Assembly (NCBI RefSeq): GCF_032191835.1 | Contig: NC_083235.1 | Coordinates: 17,856,001 to 17,920,000, forward strand | DNA from: Heteronotia binoei | Taxonomy: Eukaryota | DNA length: 64,000 bases | Reading direction: 5' to 3' | Shown: one piece after another, positions 58,470-64,000 of the stretch | Layout: every line of letters begins with the position of its first letter | How positions within the stretch are numbered: the first letter of the stretch is position 1 | The notes under the pieces: model-generated | The model's input: only the letters and a program-made list of their open reading frames with translations | The model's database searches: none | What the model was told of the DNA's origin: nothing | Position numbers and translations under genes: made by a program

Positions 58470-61400
58470 GGCTTCATGGTCAGGAACTCCATTGCCTCCA
58501 AACTCGAAAACCTGCCAACAGGTCACTCAGATCGCATCATGTCCATGTGCCTCCCACTTCAAAACAAGCAGCATGCAACACTCTTCAGTGTCTATGCCCC
58601 AACACTTCAAGCAGATCCTGCAGAAAAGAACAAGTTCTATGCTGATCTACGCAACCTCGTATGGAAGACCCCTACAGAGGACAAGGTGATCATCCTTGGC
58701 GACTTCAATGCCAGAGTAGGTAAAGACTCGGAAGCCTGGAAAGGAGTACTTGGCAAACACGGCATTGGAAATTGTAATGATAACGGGCGCCTCCTGCTAG
58801 AATTCTGCATGGAACACCAGCTCACCATCACCAACACTATCTTTCAGCAGAAGAACAGCCTGAAGACAACCTGGATGCACCCACGGTCCAAGCACTGGCA
58901 CCTTATCGACTACATTCTGGTGCGCCAGAGAGACCTTCGAGATGTCTTACACATCCGAGTAATGCCCAGTGCGGAATGTCATACGGATCATAGTCTTGTA
59001 GGCTGCAATCTCCGTCTTCACTTTAAACCCACACCCAGGAGAGGAGGTATCCCTCGGAAGAAGCTTCAGGTTGGCAGCCTTCAGTCAGCCGAAGTTAAAG
59101 CTGCCTTCCAGGAAAAACTCCAGTCAAGAATTGAGGACCCCAGTTGCCCCACAGAACCTTCTCCAGAAGCACTCTGGGAACACCTAAAAACTACCATCCT
59201 GTTGATCTCTGAAGAAGTCCTCGGGTTCTCCACAAGGAAGAACAAGGACTGGTTTGACGAGAACAATCAAGAGATCCAAGAATTACTAGCGAAAAAGAGA
59301 TCTGCCTACCAAGCACATCTTGCTCAGCCCTCCTGTCCCGGGAAAAAAGCAATCTTTCACGCTGCATGTAGCAACTTCCAGCGCAAGCTTTGAGACATTC
59401 GGAACGAGTGGTGGACCAAGCTTGCAGAGAGAACCCAGCTGTGTGCAGACACTGGTGATTTAAGAGGGTTCTATGAAGCCCTGAAGGCAGTATATGGCCC
59501 ATCATATCAGGCTCAGAGTCCCTTGCGTAGTGCAGATGGCCAAGTGCTCCTCACAGATAAGGCATCCATTCTGAACCGGTGGTCGGAGTATTTTCAGGTT
59601 CTCTTCAGTGCCAACCGCGTAGTTCAAGATTCAGCAATCTACCTCACCCCACTTCAACCAGTGAAAACAGAGTTGGATGAGATCCCCACCCTAGAAGAGA
59701 CTGTTAAAGCCCTCAAGCAACTGAAAAGTGGCAAGGCAGCGGGAGTTGATGGAATCCCACCAGAGATCTGGAAGCATGGGGGCACAGTACTACATAGCAC
59801 ACTTCACAAAGTACTTGTCACCTGCTGGGAACAAGGCAAACCACCACAGGACTTTCGCGATGCAATTATCATCACTCTACACAAGAACAAAGGGGAAAAG
59901 TCAGACTGCTCCAACTACCAGGGGATAACCTTGCTCTCCATCGCAGGCAAAATCCTTGCCAGAATACTCCTGAACAGACTGGTGCCCACCATTGCAGAAG
60001 AACTCCTCCCAGAGAGCCAGTGCGGCTTCAGAGCTAACAGGAGCACCACCGACATGGTATTTGTTCTCAGGCAGCTCCAAGAGAAATGCAGGGAACAGAA
60101 CAAGGGTCTATATGTGACTTTTGTCGACCTTACCAAAGCTTTCGATACCGTTAGCAGGAAAGGCCTGTGGCAAATCTTGGAACGTTTAGGATGTCCCCCA
60201 AGGTTCCTCAGCATGATCATCAAGCTACATGAAGACCAGCGAGGCCAAGTCAGACACTGAAATGACCTCTTGGAGCCCTTCCCAATAGGCACAGGTGTAA
60301 AGCAAGGCTGTGTTCTCGCGCCAACTCTCTTTACGATCTTCTTTAGCATGATGCTTCAAAGAGCCGCAGTAGATCTAGATGATGACGATGGTGTCTACAT
60401 CCGCTATCGCACCGATGGCAGCCTGTTCAACCTGAGGCGACTAAAGGCTCACTCCAAGACAATGGAAAAACTTATCCGAGAGCTACTGTTTGCTGATGAT
60501 GCTGCACTCATCTCCCACTCGGTATAGACCCTCTGCAGCATATGACGTCCTGCTTTGCAGAGGCTGCCAAGCTATTCGGCCTAGAAGTTAGTCTGAAGAA
60601 GACAGAAGTTCTCCACCAGCCTGCACCCCAGGAAGATTATCACCCTCCCTGCATCACTGTGGGTGAATCAGTTCTGAAGACAGTCCAGCAGTTCAGCTAC
60701 CTGGGGTGCATCATCTCCTCAGATGCCAAGATCGACAAGGAGATTGACAACAGGCTGGCAAAGGCAAACCGTGCATTTGGCCGACTGCACAAAAGAGTAT
60801 GGAGCAACAAGCATCTGAAAAAAGGCACAAAGATCAATGTTTACAAAGCGGTTGTTATGACAACCCTCATCTATGGCTCCGAATCGTGGGTTTTATACCG
60901 TCATCACCTGCGACTCCTTGAGCGCTTTCATCAGCGCTGCCTTCGCACCATCCTCAACATCCACTGGAGTGACTTTGTGACCAACACTGAAGTCCTCAAG
61001 CGGGCGGAGGTTACAAGCATCGAGGCATTGCTGTTGAAGACGCAGCTGCGCTGGGCAGGGCATATTTCTAGGATGGAAAACCACCGCCTTCCCAAGATTG
61101 CTCTGTATGGCGAACTTTCCACCGGCCATCGAAATAGAGGGGCACCAAAGAAGAGGTACAAGGACTCCTTGAAGAAATCCCTTGGCACCTGTCGCATCAA
61201 CCATCACCAGTGGTCTGACCTAGCCTCAGATCGCAAAGCATGGAGGAACACCATCCACCAGGCTGTCTCTTCCTTTGAGAACGCACGCATAGCTGGTCTT
61301 GAGGACAAAAGGAGATTGAGGAAAAATCGCACTGCTACAGCACCAACCCCAAATCAGACTTTTCCCTGCAGCCACTGTGGCCGGATCTTCCTGTCCCACA

Positions 61401-61493
61401 TTGGTCTTGTCAGCCACCAGCGAGCCTGCAGCAGACGTGGACTACTGCACCTTTCTTAAATCTTCGTTCGCGAAGTCAAGCCGAGAGAGAGAG
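58470..61493 (+). mobile_element. RTE-clade LINE, 5'-truncated, disabled
   Basis: APE endonuclease (VYAPT, LGDFNARVG, HWHLIDY), RT (QCGFR, FVDLTKAFDTV, GVKQGCVLAP, LFADD), C-terminal CSHC..H..H finger and (GA)n tail. Two in-frame stops and one frameshift. Candidate TSD AATTT. Confidence 0.95.
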
Positions 61494-62609
61494 AATTTCA
61501 TCCTACTCTTCCAGGTCACTGAAAAGAATTCGACTTCTCACATATACCTTCTCAGAGATGTGAAATCATGTTATAATCTGGCTTGCACTTTTCTCAAGAG
61601 ACTCAATCCTCCTTGAATGAAATACAGCCCTTGGCTGATAGAAAGCATGTGCAGATAGTCAGGTTGGGTCAAAACTCTTGTGTGATCTCACCGAAAGACT
61701 TAATGTCAAGACTTTATGACTTTATTCATTAACTCAATGGTGGCTTTATTTAAAGCCATAAAAACCTCAAGTCCTTTCCCTTTACACTGGAGGTAACCTA
61801 CCTACAATCCACAGGGCTTACAACATACTGGCAAACATACAACATACTCACACTTGCTCAAAGCTCAGCAGCACAGAAGTGCTGTGACTCACAGGAAATC
61901 TTCACCAAGAGTTAATGTTGAGTATGTAGACTCCTATGTTTGTTCCTCACTAGCGTTCCCGCCTGGCTCATTGGAACCTGTAGGACTGAGCTTGGGGACT
62001 CAGGAACAATGGGCAGTAGGATCCAAATCCTTGCTGCCCTGCTCCAATTACTGGCCCCCTGCTGGGTTCAAACGATCCAATGGCGTTCTAATGCAGGAAC
62101 TCAGGACTGTATATAGTTGGCCCCGTTGGCCCAGTCAGCTACTAGTTACAATGATATAACTCAATATAAGAGCTATGATCACTGCAATTGTGTCTCCTCT
62201 ATGCATTGAACCCACTACATTATAGATTAGCGGTCCCCAACTTTTTTTGGCACTAAGGACCGGTTTTGTGGATGATAATTTTTCCACAAACTGCAGGGGG
62301 AGGGATGGTTTCTGGATGATACAATTGTGCACTTTATTTCTATTAGTTTGGTGTGGTGGGTGTGCGGACTCTTATCTGGGAGAACCTGGTTTGATTCCCC
62401 ACTCCTCCACTTGCAGCTGCTGGAATGGCCTTGGGTTAGCCATAGCTCTGGCAGGGTTGTCCTTGAAAGGGCAGCTTCTGGGGAGAGCTCTCTCAGCCTC
62501 ACCCACCTCACAGGGTGCCTGTTATGGGGGAGGAAGATAAAGGAGATGGTGAGCCGCTCTGAGAATCTGAGATTTGGAGTAGGATTTGGAGGGCAGGATA
62601 TACCTCCAA

Positions 62610-62745
62610 NNNNNNNNNNNNNNNNNNNNNNNNNNNNNNNNNNNNNNNNNNNNNNNNNNNNNNNNNNNNNNNNNNNNNNNNNNNNNNNNNNNNNNNNNNN
62701 NNNNNNNNNNNNNNNNNNNNNNNNNNNNNNNNNNNNNNNNNNNNN
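62610..62745. other. Assembly gap (N run)
   Basis: Run of N. Confidence 0.99.
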
Positions 62746-64000
62746 TGAGCATGGTTAACCGCAATAATTTCTCTTCATTATTTCCTGTCTGTGGTGTTTG
62801 CCATACATCCTTAGACTCTGAGCAGCAAACCTGGAGTGATCCTGCCATCGCTAGCTACAGCCTCACCAGTCATTCAGTGGATCAGTCCAGTGTATTGAGC
62901 CCTTAATGGAAAGCAGGAGAAAAAAGCCCCTGTTCCAGGCCAGTTTGAAAATGGTGTTGAGATAGAAGAAGAAGAGAGAAGAAGAAATTGGATTGATACC
63001 CTTCCCTTCACTACCCGAAGGAGTCTCAGAGAGACTTACAACCTCCTTCCCCTTCCCCTCCCCACAACAGACACCCTGCAAAGTAGGTGGAGCTGAGAGA
63101 GCTCTAACAGAAACTGTTCTGGAGAGGAACAGCTCTGCAGGAACTTGTGACTGACTCAAAGTCTCATCGGCAGGTGTATGTGGAGAAGTGGGGAATCAAA
63201 CCCTGTTCTCCCAGATAAGATTCCGTGCACTTTAACCACTACACCGAACTGGCTCTCTAGCTGGCAGGATGCTAGCTAGATGGGTTCCATGCAGCATGTG
63301 AAGTCTCAGAAACGAAAACAATCTAGAGGCAGGCACAAATTTGGCCAAACAAATGTCCTCTAGCTGGAAATCTGGGTCAGCACCGAAACAAATACCAAGA
63401 TATATGGCTCTAAGGATACAAAACGTTTATCCCCATATTACTTCTGTTGGTAACAGTGTTTCACTTACCTAGCGAGGCCCAGACCATAGATGACAGTTCT
63501 TCATTATGTATTCTTCATTCCATACTACAGCAAACAGACTCTGAGAAAACCTTTTCCATGACCAGCCCCGAGAATTTAAATAAATTGAGTCCTCTTCCAT
63601 GAGTAAGCCCCAAGTTCAAAACTGGGGTTTTTCTGTGCAAAGGCCAAAGCTTACATTAACTGCTTCAGTCTAGGACTGATTATTGAGAAGGCAGAGATGC
63701 AGAAGTTTTGTGTCTGAATGGAAGGCAAGTGAAGCTGATCAACTCTCCAAGACTGCATATAGCTTCCAAAGAGCAGAGTGAAGAAAATGGTGAAAAGCTG
63801 AAGTTCCTTTTCAATGAAGCTCTAGGAACAATGGCTTATGGAGGACCACTCCTCATTCTTGTGAAGAGAACAGCTCAGCACGTTCCTGGCTATAGAAGAC
63901 AATGATTTTGCAGGTCTCTGGTACTTACTGTTCTCAAAATTGTAATATCAGAGGTCCTCCTGGAATCGTACACAGGGGTGTTAAGTAGCACTCCTAGGGA

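Noticed and set aside
1-64000. The many 60-230 aa ORFs in the track as genes
   Set aside because: They fall in SINEs, MITEs, antisense frames or across N gaps, with no recognisable domains; this is vertebrate intergenic DNA.

Overview
Vertebrate (squamate) genomic DNA; the SINE and MITE repertoire suggests a gecko (inference). No prokaryotic-type features are present. The window is part of a class II olfactory receptor (OR) cluster with six intact single-coding-exon ORs. One is OR10-like on + (2696-3649). Two are OR13/OR2-like paralogs on - (9361-10314, 20873-21832). Three are close OR13-like paralogs on - (39133-40065, 50270-51202, 56792-57724); these sit in a tandemly duplicated unit (about 7 kb before insertions, about 10 kb now) that also carries an OR pseudogene remnant. 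Comparing paralogs reveals conserved minus-strand splice donors and Lhx2-type (TAATTA) plus O/E(Ebf)-type promoter modules, including an orphan module at about 31.9 kb with no OR CDS downstream of it. The rest is dense mobile DNA: two L2 copies with open RT ORFs, a 5'-truncated RTE LINE, CR1 and L1/Tx1 fragments, Penelope-like elements with hammerhead-ribozyme motifs, a solo LTR, a truncated BED-finger hAT transposase, many hAT MITEs with 8-bp TSDs (including a MER1/Charlie3-like one), and Squam3-like, Sauria and 5S-derived SINEs. Four N gaps indicate a scaffolded assembly. Family names come from recalled consensus motifs, not database searches, and boundaries of old repeats are approximate.
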